Origin: a virus
Length of the DNA stretch: 64,000 bases
Reading direction: 5' to 3' (one strand)
IMG/VR virus record: IMGVR_UViG_3300020470_001313
Coordinates: 86,608 to 150,607 of that record
Shown one piece after another: positions 38,837 to 47,923 of the stretch. Position 1 is the first letter of the stretch. Each line of letters begins with the position of its first letter. A model generated the notes under the pieces. That model saw only the letters and a list, made by a program, of their open reading frames with translations. It ran no database searches and had not been told where the DNA came from. A program made the translations under genes and the position numbers.

Positions 38837-38966
38837 CACCTTGCCCACGATACTTCTTTTTTGCATGATTTCTACTTGTTGCAGCAAGTTTAGTATTCTT
38901 AGATTTGCCCTGCCTAGTCTTTTTCGCTGGAGGTGCTGAATAAGTTGAATTGTTATAAAGTGCCAT
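38832..38966 (-). CDS. Small basic protein (44 aa)
   Basis: Below the ORF-track cutoff; translated by hand MALYNNSTYSAPPAKKTRQGKSKNTKLAATSRNHAKKKYRGQGA; fills the gap between PAAR and SET genes. Confidence 0.75.
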   Translation of the reverse strand: MALYNNSTYSAPPAKKTRQGKSKNTKLAATSRNHAKKKYRGQGA

Positions 38967-38969
38967 TAA

Positions 38970-39464
38970 TTAAGGACCGATCATTACGTTTGGACTACCC
39001 TGAGCAATAACAGAAAGGCATGGTGGACCTAATTGATCACCAACCTTACCCATTGCTAATTTATTAGCAAAAACTGTCTTTGTGGTGGCATGCATAACCC
39101 TTGTATGACCAATACCTTTCTTATCTTCAGAAGCAAGCATACTACAATTACATGTTTTAGGTCTAGGTGGTGTTTTACCACAAGGACCAACCATAATAAT
39201 GTTAGTACTAGATGCTCTATGCACTGTTAATACGTCCTTATCCAATATTGGTAAGATACCATTAACAAAAACATTTCTCACATAAGGGGCAAATGGTGCT
39301 AATACAGTAGGTGGCCAAAAACAAACAGCATTCTTAACCGCTACAGATTTAGTGCTACATGTTAAACAAGTAGTACCACAACCAAACCAACCATGAATGT
39401 GTCCACTAATGGCTACACCATGACCAGAACAGTTTCCTCTATAAATCGCCGCAGGGACTCCCAT
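38970..39464 (-). CDS. PAAR-like baseplate spike tip protein (gp5.4-like), Cys-rich
   Basis: PAAIYRGNCSGHG, NVFVNGILP, TVFANKLAMGKVGD...C..VIAQGSPNVMIG. Confidence 0.75.
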   Translation of the reverse strand: MGVPAAIYRGNCSGHGVAISGHIHGWFGCGTTCLTCSTKSVAVKNAVCFWPPTVLAPFAPYVRNVFVNGILPILDKDVLTVHRASSTNIIMVGPCGKTPPRPKTCNCSMLASEDKKGIGHTRVMHATTKTVFANKLAMGKVGDQLGPPCLSVIAQGSPNVMIGP

Positions 39465-39473
39465 ATTATACTC

Positions 39474-42341
39474 CTAGGTACACTTAAAGTCAAATGGATT
39501 ACCAGCTTTGTCACAAGCTTGTCCAAATAGATAAGCACTATTAGTCAAATCGTTATAGACTTTGATTGATCCTTCAACATTAAAAGCTTTACATCCTTCA
39601 CCAAATGGACCACTTATAGTTGAACTATATGTGGTATTTCCACTATTACCTGGTTGTCCAGATGTACCAAAACAATCACCCTGAGTATTATCACCACAAC
39701 CACGAGGATTTAATGGTTCCCATGCTAACTTGACGTTTATATTAGCAGTTACTCTGGAATCGGGTATATATTGCCTCAATAGGTATTTAGTATACGCAGA
39801 GGCACATGGAAGGTCATAGAAACTACCATGAACAGTACGTACTTCCTCTTTATCAAATTTGACTAATTTCTTGCCTGAAGACGTTACTTCGGGTGATTCT
39901 GAGTTTAATTCTATGAATTCATCCTTACGAATCTTGTCAGCATCAACAAAATCTTGCATTGTACTTGCTTGAGACGCAAATCCACCTGCTCTGAGTCCTT
40001 CTCCCATTCTTTCATCCAAAGTTCGCCATCTTAAATCTTCCATGTCCTCTCTATCAGGCAAAGCACGTCCTACTCGCTCAGTTCTGATCACATTTGGTAA
40101 GCGTTTTAGGTCTTTTACCTCATTTTGTTGGTATTGATGCGTAACATCAGTGTAAGGAGCTTGCGCCATACCCTTTCTAATGTCTTCCATCGTCAAATTT
40201 GTCTGAAAATACAGTCTGTCTAGTCCATCTGGCATATCATCTGCGGCACGTTGCATTATTCTCTTGTAATGCTCGTAATCATTGACCTCAACACCCTCAG
40301 TATTGTAATCTTTTGGTGATAATCCACTCGCAGTCACACTATCAACGAAGACTTTATCGCTAAAACGTGGTATTGACGTAATTTCTGGCCGTGCTAACGC
40401 TTCATTTAGCGGTTCATTAGCAGGATCTTCCTCATATGTGGTACTTGCTGAGTAAAGTTTCTGTTTTATCTCCTTATGAGTCATCGGAATTGCAATATCA
40501 ATCTGTTCACCTTGCGGATACATGGATCCACTGGATTTAACCTCTAAAGATGATAAAACTCCATTACTAAATTCATAGTCTATGACTGCATCTATCCCAG
40601 TTTCCTTTAAAGGAGTAGCAATTGTTACTATTGGTTTGCTATTTAACTTATTCCAACCCATACCACCATCAGCAATCTTCATAGATTTGATTTGTCCATT
40701 CACAATTTCTATATTAGTGATATCTGCTCTTGTTTTTATTGCTGGACCTGTGTTAGTTCCTGTACATGTACTGCTAACTGTGAAAGAAGTACCATTAACT
40801 GCGGTAATATATGAGTTTTCCGCAAAAAATGCTGCTCTAAAATTGTATCCTACCTTAATCCACTGCGTATCTCCACCATTGACTAGTGTAACTGTACTAC
40901 TTCCTTGAGTAACCATTACATCAACTGTCTTTTTACACGAAGGTTGGCGGTAATCATTGAAAGAATTAGGTTGTCTATTCAAGTCTGCGGTCATATATTG
41001 CATAGACTTGTTACGAAATTCAAAGAGACCACCTAAAAATGCGCGATCTGGAATGCCAAATCCCGCTAAAACCGTAATTTGATTGCCTCTTGAGGTCGTA
41101 TATGTGGTATCTTTCGCAAAATCACTACCATCTCCGCTTATTTCCGCAATATGATAGTTAAAATTGAGATCCATGTGCTTCACTTTCTCAATAATATGCC
41201 CATTTACGGTATCTGCTGCGTTTAAAAGCGCATAATTTGCGTAAGGATTACTTGTTTGTATGTCACCAATAGCAGTAACTGCGAAATTAAAGTCAATACT
41301 ACCAGCACCACCTATAGGTATAGACAAATTAAAGTTATCACCTACCTGATAATTAACACCAGCATTCATTAATTCGTCAATATAGATTGTACTACCAACT
41401 ATAGTTGCAGGATCACCAGTCGTTCTAGGCTCATAACGCATTTTAATACGCAATCCTGTACCAGTAGCACTATTCAGTTCATCAAATACTAGGATATATG
41501 ACGCACCAATGTCATCTGGATCACTCCAAGGGTTCTCTGGACAGTCTATAGGTATACCATTTGAGTTAGATGCCTCCCAACAATCCGTGGCACTACCTCC
41601 AGTAGGTGTTATAGAGAAATCTACTGGTCCTTGAGGTGTTGTAGTAGGTATTCCATCCTCATATCTAAAAGCAATAGCATTAGTACGTGTACCAGCAGTC
41701 CATATAGTAGGAAAAGGATCTCTACCCTCTACAAGACTACCTTCTTGTGTTGTATACTCTATAGTAGATGCTCCTGCTTCACAGGTAAAACTCTTACAAG
41801 GATGGCATGTTTGACCCCAATAAGATGTAGAACTAGTTGGATTACCATCTGGATCAGTACCACTAGTGGTTCCATCGGTATCTTCTAGGTAATAACAAGG
41901 ATATCCTGCAATAGGACGTGAAGTATCAAACAAATAATAGAACCATTGATCTCCCCATAGAGGTTCAAATGATATCCCAGAAGGATATCTACTCATAATA
42001 CCATATAATGCAGGGTTAGATCCACCCAAGGATATTATAATCTTCCCACAATCACCTGCTGTACCACAATTAAAGGGTGGTGGAGGGTTTTGTTGTTCAC
42101 ATACAGTGCCACAATACATTACAAGGTCTCGTTCCCACTCAGGTACGTTTACATCCTCATATTGTGTTTTATCTACTCCATCTATAGGATCATATCTTTC
42201 ATGCTGGAATGGAATGCCATTAGTTACCTCATCAGGTAAATTGGACATGTTAAGTTGACCCGTGTAGATATTACCACTGGGATCACATCTAGCACAGTGC
42301 TTAGGGTTTCTTTCTGCGTTCTTATTAGTATTACACCCCAC
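39474..42341 (-). CDS. Putative virion/baseplate structural protein (955 aa)
   Basis: Late-cluster location; G-x-G-Y/W-type beta repeats (IADGGMGW, VKSSGSMY); Cys-rich termini. Confidence 0.55.
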   Translation of the reverse strand: MGCNTNKNAERNPKHCARCDPSGNIYTGQLNMSNLPDEVTNGIPFQHERYDPIDGVDKTQYEDVNVPEWERDLVMYCGTVCEQQNPPPPFNCGTAGDCGKIIISLGGSNPALYGIMSRYPSGISFEPLWGDQWFYYLFDTSRPIAGYPCYYLEDTDGTTSGTDPDGNPTSSTSYWGQTCHPCKSFTCEAGASTIEYTTQEGSLVEGRDPFPTIWTAGTRTNAIAFRYEDGIPTTTPQGPVDFSITPTGGSATDCWEASNSNGIPIDCPENPWSDPDDIGASYILVFDELNSATGTGLRIKMRYEPRTTGDPATIVGSTIYIDELMNAGVNYQVGDNFNLSIPIGGAGSIDFNFAVTAIGDIQTSNPYANYALLNAADTVNGHIIEKVKHMDLNFNYHIAEISGDGSDFAKDTTYTTSRGNQITVLAGFGIPDRAFLGGLFEFRNKSMQYMTADLNRQPNSFNDYRQPSCKKTVDVMVTQGSSTVTLVNGGDTQWIKVGYNFRAAFFAENSYITAVNGTSFTVSSTCTGTNTGPAIKTRADITNIEIVNGQIKSMKIADGGMGWNKLNSKPIVTIATPLKETGIDAVIDYEFSNGVLSSLEVKSSGSMYPQGEQIDIAIPMTHKEIKQKLYSASTTYEEDPANEPLNEALARPEITSIPRFSDKVFVDSVTASGLSPKDYNTEGVEVNDYEHYKRIMQRAADDMPDGLDRLYFQTNLTMEDIRKGMAQAPYTDVTHQYQQNEVKDLKRLPNVIRTERVGRALPDREDMEDLRWRTLDERMGEGLRAGGFASQASTMQDFVDADKIRKDEFIELNSESPEVTSSGKKLVKFDKEEVRTVHGSFYDLPCASAYTKYLLRQYIPDSRVTANINVKLAWEPLNPRGCGDNTQGDCFGTSGQPGNSGNTTYSSTISGPFGEGCKAFNVEGSIKVYNDLTNSAYLFGQACDKAGNPFDFKCT

Positions 42342-42717
42342 CTAGTTTGTCCTCCAAAGCAGTAAGTCTCTTTCCATGATCGGTACGAGGTGCAGGATGA
42401 GCCTGTTCCTCAAGTTCTTTTAATTTCTTGTAGATCAGTTCTAGGTTCTTACCAATATTTAGATGTTCTTCCTCATCTGGAGGTTTATACATGAATAGAT
42501 TTTGATCTATTTTGGGCATTTCATTCAAAGTTTTAACACATGCACTTATTAATTCCTCATCTTCACGTAATCTACCCAGTATATTCTCAAATGTTTTACA
42601 TATAGCATCATGTGCCATTGAGTTATCTAACCATAGACTAACACTTCTTTCTTGCATCCATGCTGGAATTGCACCCTCAATAGGATCTGTTAGATTAACG
42701 TCTTCTTTACTGAACAT
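42331..42717 (-). CDS. Hypothetical protein
   Basis: 128-aa ORF overlapping both neighbours; coiled-coil-like. Confidence 0.7.
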   Translation of the reverse strand: MFSKEDVNLTDPIEGAIPAWMQERSVSLWLDNSMAHDAICKTFENILGRLREDEELISACVKTLNEMPKIDQNLFMYKPPDEEEHLNIGKNLELIYKKLKELEEQAHPAPRTDHGKRLTALEDKLGGV

Positions 42718-43255
42718 GATAAAATCGTTGTGGGTAGTCCTTATAGAGTTGGAATTGCCTAGGATCCGTGTAAACGTCCATTGCCATACTTATTCTAACA
42801 TTATTATATGGGTTTGGGGGTACGGAATGTACCAGTCTACTACTAAAGATTGCAATTTGCCCTACTTTATTAATTTCCTTCTTAGAATTATATATTGTAC
42901 CTACATCAGTCGGACCTTGTAAGAATATATTAAGTGAGGTGAACCCTATCTTATCATATTCATTGTTAGGGTCTACTCCGTGGGCATGAGGTTTAATTCC
43001 TTCACCATATCTAAAGGTATTTGCCCAACATTGTACTATGCATTCGCCAAATTCTTCTTTTACCTTGGGTACAAGTATCTTACCAGGGGTATCGTAAAGA
43101 TAATTATAACACCAATGTCTTCCCGATAGACTATTATCAGCAGTGCCTGTGTAGATGTCAGGACCTAATGCCTTAATATCGTCCTCGTATTTTAAGATAA
43201 ACTCTGAGATCTCTTTACATTCTTCAGAGGTTAAGAAAGTGTCAATTAGTTTCAT
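42707..43255 (-). CDS. 2OG-Fe(II) oxygenase family protein
   Basis: WAN...IKPHAH...IAIFSSRLVHSV...RISMAMD. Confidence 0.8.
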   Translation of the reverse strand: MKLIDTFLTSEECKEISEFILKYEDDIKALGPDIYTGTADNSLSGRHWCYNYLYDTPGKILVPKVKEEFGECIVQCWANTFRYGEGIKPHAHGVDPNNEYDKIGFTSLNIFLQGPTDVGTIYNSKKEINKVGQIAIFSSRLVHSVPPNPYNNVRISMAMDVYTDPRQFQLYKDYPQRFYHVQ

Positions 43256-43288
43256 AATAATTGCAGAGATCGCGGGGATCGCGCCCCA

Positions 43289-43456
43289 CTATTTTTCGTC
43301 CAGAGACCTGTATATTAATAATGTCCCATCACCTTCGTCATCATATTCCAAATGGTCTCCAGGACGCCATGAGAGGTCTTCTGTTAAGTCTTCAGGTAGG
43401 TTGAGATACAAACGACCTTCATCGTCCTCTTGGAGTGTTAATTGAAATCTCTTCAT
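43289..43456 (-). CDS. Small AbrB/MazE-like protein (55 aa)
   Basis: Translated by hand MKRFQLTLQEDDEGRLYLNLPEDLTEDLSWRPGDHLEYDDEGDGTLLIYRSLDEK; start overlaps the upstream stop codon. Confidence 0.6.
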   Translation of the reverse strand: MKRFQLTLQEDDEGRLYLNLPEDLTEDLSWRPGDHLEYDDEGDGTLLIYRSLDEK

Positions 43457-43680
43457 ACTGGTTCATTCCATCCTTTTTCAATTTTTGCTTTCACATCTTC
43501 GGATGCATTCACCTTATGTAGCAGAGAACTACAGTAATCTCGTCTACCTTCTGCCATATCTAGCGTAGCGTGTCTGGAATCTACGATCTTTTCTGAGGGT
43601 GTCTGAAAAAATACTGTGTATTGTGCCATTAGAGAGGTGCAATTTGATAATTTTTTATCGTTTGTTTGTACTTTTCCCAC
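43453..43680 (-). CDS. Hypothetical protein (start probably at 43629, MAQYTVFF)
   Basis: ORF track; an ATG at 43629 abuts the upstream stop codon. Confidence 0.55.
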   Translation of the reverse strand: MGKVQTNDKKLSNCTSLMAQYTVFFQTPSEKIVDSRHATLDMAEGRRDYCSSLLHKVNASEDVKAKIEKGWNEPV

Positions 43681-43829
43681 CTTGCAATAACATTTTCATC
43701 TGCGACCACTCCCTGACTTACCATTTCATCGGCAAAAGAATACATCTGAGTTGCTAAGTGCTTCTCGTAATGTATCAGAGTCTCTAGAATGTGTGTTCTA
43801 GTATCTTGGCGTGTTTGGGAAAAATCCAT
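43629..43829 (-). CDS. Hypothetical protein, first gene after the late promoter
   Basis: 66-aa ORF on the coding strand. Confidence 0.65.
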   Translation of the reverse strand: MDFSQTRQDTRTHILETLIHYEKHLATQMYSFADEMVSQGVVADENVIARWEKYKQTIKNYQIAPL

Positions 43830-43899
43830 GCAGATCCTGTGGGGGAATTTTTACTGGGCAAAAAAATTTTGGTCTACCCTGTACCACAAACGCAATTTT

Positions 43900-43907
43900 T
43901 ATTTATA
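43900..43907 (-). promoter_or_regulatory. T4-type late promoter TATAAATA at the early/late boundary
   Basis: Exact match in intergenic DNA upstream of the baseplate cluster. Confidence 0.75.
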
Positions 43908-44044
43908 TCACTGGCGATTGGGAACCTTTGTAGGTTAGGGTAGTAAAGCTTTTTAATATAGAGGGCCGCCCCAAACGCCGAGATCCCTTAGTATGACTGC
44001 GATTTGGGGTGCTTTCTTTATATTTAGTGAGGGTGATTACCTGC

Positions 44045-44359
44045 CTAGACTATCATCCCAGAGGTGAAATCTATGGCAGGTTCGTTGTTACCTTGGAAAT
44101 ACCATTCCCATTGCTTTTGAAATACTCTAGCACCGTAATTAAACTCGTCTAGGATTGCATTTAAGCGGGATTTTGTGGTATTTGATTGATAACCACCGTC
44201 AAACAATTGCACTGTGTTTGTTGTTACTGTTGCGATGTGATTGCCGTGTAGATATACTCTAGCATCGGAATTGTCGTCAATAGTAACACATGTATTGGAA
44301 GAATTGAATGGGGTTCTTGTTAAGATTGCCCTGTTCATTTGTCTTTCAATTTTTCTCAT
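44045..44359 (-). CDS. Conserved phage hypothetical early protein
   Basis: 104 aa (MRKIERQMN...VYLHGNHIA...DGGYQSNTTKSRLNA); AAGGAG RBS and its own promoter. Confidence 0.8.
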   Translation of the reverse strand: MRKIERQMNRAILTRTPFNSSNTCVTIDDNSDARVYLHGNHIATVTTNTVQLFDGGYQSNTTKSRLNAILDEFNYGARVFQKQWEWYFQGNNEPAIDFTSGMIV

Positions 44360-44386
44360 TTAGTGCTCCTTGATTGGTATACTATA

Positions 44387-44445
44387 AGTATACACTCCCT
44401 AGAGGTACAGTTCAAGTTACTTTGTGCCACTTTGTGAACTGTCTA
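44387..44445 (-). promoter_or_regulatory. Early promoter (TTGAAC-N17-TATACT) with upstream palindrome
   Basis: -10 at 44387-44392, -35 at 44410-44415, palindrome tgtgccactttgtgaactgtc from 44423. Confidence 0.75.
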
Positions 44446-44620
44446 TAATGTCAATAAACCAACCGATTGATTTGATATAATCAAGGGGCGAAAGTATCGG
44501 CGAATTGTGTCTATTTTCACCTCTACGGTTTCTAACATTATCCATATGCAATTCTAGGTCATTGAGTGAATCAAATGTCCCCTGGATTACCTCTTCTGAG
44601 TTATACAAACGGTATTGCAT
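44417..44620 (-). CDS. Hypothetical protein
   Basis: 67-aa ORF in the early gene run. Confidence 0.6.
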   Translation of the reverse strand: MQYRLYNSEEVIQGTFDSLNDLELHMDNVRNRRGENRHNSPILSPLDYIKSIGWFIDIIDSSQSGTK

Positions 44621-44627
44621 TTTTGGT

Positions 44628-44828
44628 CTAATTGTTTATAGGAACGTGGTACAAATACCCCTCTGATAGTAAATGTTGTGCTCTACGGTTTATGTTAAAG
44701 TTTTCCACATGTTGCTCAGTATCTAACAAGAACTGTAGCAAGTCTATCTCATCACTTAAGGGGAAATTTTGCTCGTTTCGTTGTAACCATCTGCTGTACA
44801 GTTCTTTATACTTAGTGGTCAAAAACAT
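44628..44828 (-). CDS. Hypothetical protein
   Basis: 66-aa ORF downstream of a consensus sigma70 promoter. Confidence 0.65.
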   Translation of the reverse strand: MFLTTKYKELYSRWLQRNEQNFPLSDEIDLLQFLLDTEQHVENFNINRRAQHLLSEGYLYHVPINN

Positions 44829-44862
44829 GTGGAAAACTTCCTATAAGTGTTTTGATATTAGT

Positions 44863-44891
44863 ATTATACCAGATATACTTAGGGATGTCAA
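44863..44891 (-). promoter_or_regulatory. Consensus sigma70 promoter TTGACA-N17-TATAAT
   Basis: Minus strand ttgacatccctaagtatatctggtataat. Confidence 0.8.
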
Positions 44892-45083
44892 GTATTTAGT
44901 CTAATGTTACATTTTCCTACGAGAGATTGACAATTCTTAGTGAAGTCGCTAAGGCAACGATTGTTCTGGTTAATTAACACTTTTCCACACACTTTCCACA
45001 GGGTTGTTGATAACTCTATCATATATTACGATTACTAACTAACAATTAATTATTACATATATAGTTCTAGTGAATAACACTTT

Positions 45084-46055
45084 ATGTCTAAAATCTACTC
45101 TATTACTAATAACATTAACTCCAAGAAATACATCGGTAAAACATCAAGAACTCTTAAAGAACGTATACAAGAACATAAGCAAATTGCATCTAGTAATAGT
45201 AACAATAAAGGTGCAATTCATCATGCTATTAATAAGTATGGTATTGAAAACTTTTCTATTAAATGTATAGAAGAGTGTGATACTAATAGAGAAAATGAGC
45301 GTGAAATGTATTGGATTAAAATGTTACAAACTCACGTGCAATATGGTAAAGGATATAATCTTACTAAAGGTGGAGATGGTGTTATATTAGAGCGTAAAGA
45401 TTGGGGCAAACATATACATTCAAAACCTGTAAGTAAGTATGATTTAAATGGTAATCACATGGAAGATTACGACTCTATGGGATTAGCATTAACTGCAATC
45501 CTTGGAAAAAGTAAAAGATTACATGGTAAATCTAGTATTAGAAAATGTTGTAATGGGGAACAATCTTTTGCTTGGGGATATAGATGGAGTTGGAAAGATT
45601 GTCCTCTGCCCGATGTTACTCACTTGCGAGATTATACCAAGGGTAAGATATACGGTATTAACAAAGATGGGCGTACTAAATGTTGGCAAACTCAAGACGA
45701 TTGCGTTAAAGAAATATCAAATAACCCCAAAGATAATAGTGGAATGAGTTTATCTTTAAATAGTCAATCGTCTTCTAAAGTATGTACTTTTGGATGGTAT
45801 TTGTTCTATGATAAGAAACTATGTTCATTTGATAAGTTTACACCAAGGGCAAGAACTGGGAGACCTAAAGGTACAAATAAGGTGAGATTTAAGGGCGTTA
45901 AGTATAACAATCCTGATGACGTTGTTTATTACGATTCATACCTAGATCTTAAAAAAGAGTATAAGTCATATGAGAATATTTACCGTAATATTCATAACAT
46001 AGAAATGGGTAAAAAGTGGTCTAAATGTTATGATCGTCAGTGGTATAAGGTTTAG
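45084..46055 (+). mobile_element. Free-standing GIY-YIG homing endonuclease (Seg-like) with NUMOD1-like repeats
   Basis: KIYSITNNINSKKYIGKT..R..EH...E.YWI...GYNLTKGG; KPVSKYDLNG..Y.S...SSIRKCCNG....A.GYRW; only substantial plus-strand gene in the window. Confidence 0.9.
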
Positions 46056-46135
46056 TTTTCCACAGATTACGCTCTCTAATGTATTCCCAAATAATACATG
46101 TTATCTCTTTCATAGTAAGATAAGTGAGCGAATCT

Positions 46136-46339
46136 TTAGGCATCTTGTTTAATTAGTTTTCCCCAATCGTGAGGATAGATTAACACATTGCATTGAGAAT
46201 ATCCATGTAATTTATCAGGATCGTCCCATTGTCTAACAGTTAAAGTTATATATTGGGTGCCGATAAAGTTAACAACTCCGCATTCACTTCCATCCTTAAA
46301 ACATACTTTATCGCCACGATTAAAGGGGAATTTCTTCAT
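46136..46339 (-). CDS. Hypothetical SH3-like small protein
   Basis: 67 aa, FNRGDKVCF..G.V.FIG..YIT pattern. Confidence 0.6.
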   Translation of the reverse strand: MKKFPFNRGDKVCFKDGSECGVVNFIGTQYITLTVRQWDDPDKLHGYSQCNVLIYPHDWGKLIKQDA

Positions 46340-47307
46340 TATTCCCAGAAGGATTTGGTCTGTTTCTTATGACCTATTCCTCCCATACTTCCATCAAATT
46401 GTTTTCTCCAAGGTGCAGGTTTTGGTTTGCTTCCTTTATACTCAGGCACAGATGATTTATCAGGTTGTTTATTAGTTTGATCCTTTAATTCTCTGTCCAT
46501 TGTTGATGCCATTGGTTCAAATCCTAACCAGTCAGGTGGTAAAGATTCTCTTCCAGGTAACTCACTTTCTAACATTTTAACCTCAAATCCGTATCTATGA
46601 CTAAACACAATACGAGGGATCATATTCACACTAAGTGATATTCTATTAGGTGATTTATTGTCACTATATCCATGTCTGAGGTGTGATTCCCATATTAAAA
46701 AGTCACCTACTTCGGGTTTAATTACTGCTCTAGGTTGTGAAAATACTGTTGCATTCTCTATATCTGGTGTAAATCCTATATGAGGTTCTATTGCAAAGTT
46801 AAACTTAGGAGATTGAAATTCAATAGGTGCAGCATCATCATCATGGTCTAAATACATGGTTCCAGATAAGAAACTATTTACATGTGCATGATAACTTTGT
46901 CCACCAGTTCCACGATTACAGTTAACCCAACTATCATTAATTAGATACTCTGATTGTATCATATACCCTAACACTTTAGTATGAAAATGATAGGCACATT
47001 CAGTCATCCATTTATGTAATTCAGGTGCATCAATATTATTAAAGAAATTGTTATTTAGTGTAACTCCTTGTGTTTCACCTGCATTGTTAACTTGCTCACC
47101 ACGTTGATAATAATGCTTGAGATCTTTATTACTCCAATTAACATTATGATTGCGTTCTTTCGTATCTTCTCTTACTTTATTGGTCAAATCTTCCAGATAT
47201 TGTTTATCTGGATAAGAGTAACATCCAACTGCTATTGGAAACAATGGGAGTATTTCTTTAGGTGTAATGTTGTTACTTTGCATGCTAAGTTTGTGGTTCA
47301 AGTCCAT
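46339..47307 (-). CDS. 2OG-Fe(II) oxygenase family protein
   Basis: SWVN...QSYHAHVNSFLSGTMYL...PEVGDFLIWESHLRHG...RISLSVN. Confidence 0.85.
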   Translation of the reverse strand: MDLNHKLSMQSNNITPKEILPLFPIAVGCYSYPDKQYLEDLTNKVREDTKERNHNVNWSNKDLKHYYQRGEQVNNAGETQGVTLNNNFFNNIDAPELHKWMTECAYHFHTKVLGYMIQSEYLINDSWVNCNRGTGGQSYHAHVNSFLSGTMYLDHDDDAAPIEFQSPKFNFAIEPHIGFTPDIENATVFSQPRAVIKPEVGDFLIWESHLRHGYSDNKSPNRISLSVNMIPRIVFSHRYGFEVKMLESELPGRESLPPDWLGFEPMASTMDRELKDQTNKQPDKSSVPEYKGSKPKPAPWRKQFDGSMGGIGHKKQTKSFWE

Positions 47308-47923
47308 AGTATGTGCCTAAATCATGGTCAACATGTATCCAGAAGAAACGTGTTATTTGATATAAACCATTACCAGAATAGGGCATATCATTATCTATAA
47401 GCACAGGAGTTATACTATTAAGTAATGATGCAGGAAATAGAATTGCTTCGTTATTCTTTAACTCAACTTTGTAATCCTCATCATTAAATATCAAGTCACC
47501 ACCTGTAAATTGCTTTGGTTCTTTATACAAATTAACCAACAATACCCACGCTACACCATCAACATGCTCATTAATATAACACCCATTATTATAATAATTG
47601 ATAGTAGTTAATTGCGTACCACAATTACTAAATCCTCTAAATGCGGGATTAATACTTTCTAATGCGGAAACTGTCGCTTTTGAATATATTTTATCTACAC
47701 AATTTAATATATCTGATTGTCTAGCATCCTTAAATAACTCTTCAATAGTAATATAATGACGGTTACAAAATGGTTGCTCCGCATCATTACTCATTATCTG
47801 CGGATGTAAACGAGTGGGAGACGTTAAATATTTCAATTCAGGAAATATTTGATGCTCTAGTTCATACTCAGTAAAAAATTCCTCAATCAAAAGATGAGGA
47901 ATAGGAGAGGAAATTTGCTTCAT
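47285..47923 (-). CDS. 2OG-Fe(II) oxygenase-fold protein (possibly inactive)
   Basis: YYNNG.YINEHVD...KEPKQFTGGDLIF...ILFPASLLNSITPV. Confidence 0.75.
   Translation of the reverse strand: MKQISSPIPHLLIEEFFTEYELEHQIFPELKYLTSPTRLHPQIMSNDAEQPFCNRHYITIEELFKDARQSDILNCVDKIYSKATVSALESINPAFRGFSNCGTQLTTINYYNNGCYINEHVDGVAWVLLVNLYKEPKQFTGGDLIFNDEDYKVELKNNEAILFPASLLNSITPVLIDNDMPYSGNGLYQITRFFWIHVDHDLGTYYGLEPQT

Larger units (their letters stand above)
44701..46064. promoter_or_regulatory. Cluster of DnaA-box-like 9-mers (TTTTCCACA)
   Basis: Exact TTTTCCACA at 44701, 44828 (reverse), 44981 and 46056; variants CTTTCCACA at 44992 and TTATCAACA (reverse) at 45005. Confidence 0.55.

Noticed and set aside
805-42922. 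Many short plus-strand and alternative-frame ORFs in the ORF track overlapping long genes
   Set aside because: Shadow ORFs of the codon-biased minus-strand genes; low-complexity translations with no recognisable motifs.
44900-46135. Group I intron around the GIY-YIG gene
   Set aside because: No interrupted host gene on either side and no recognisable intron core elements; treated as free-standing.
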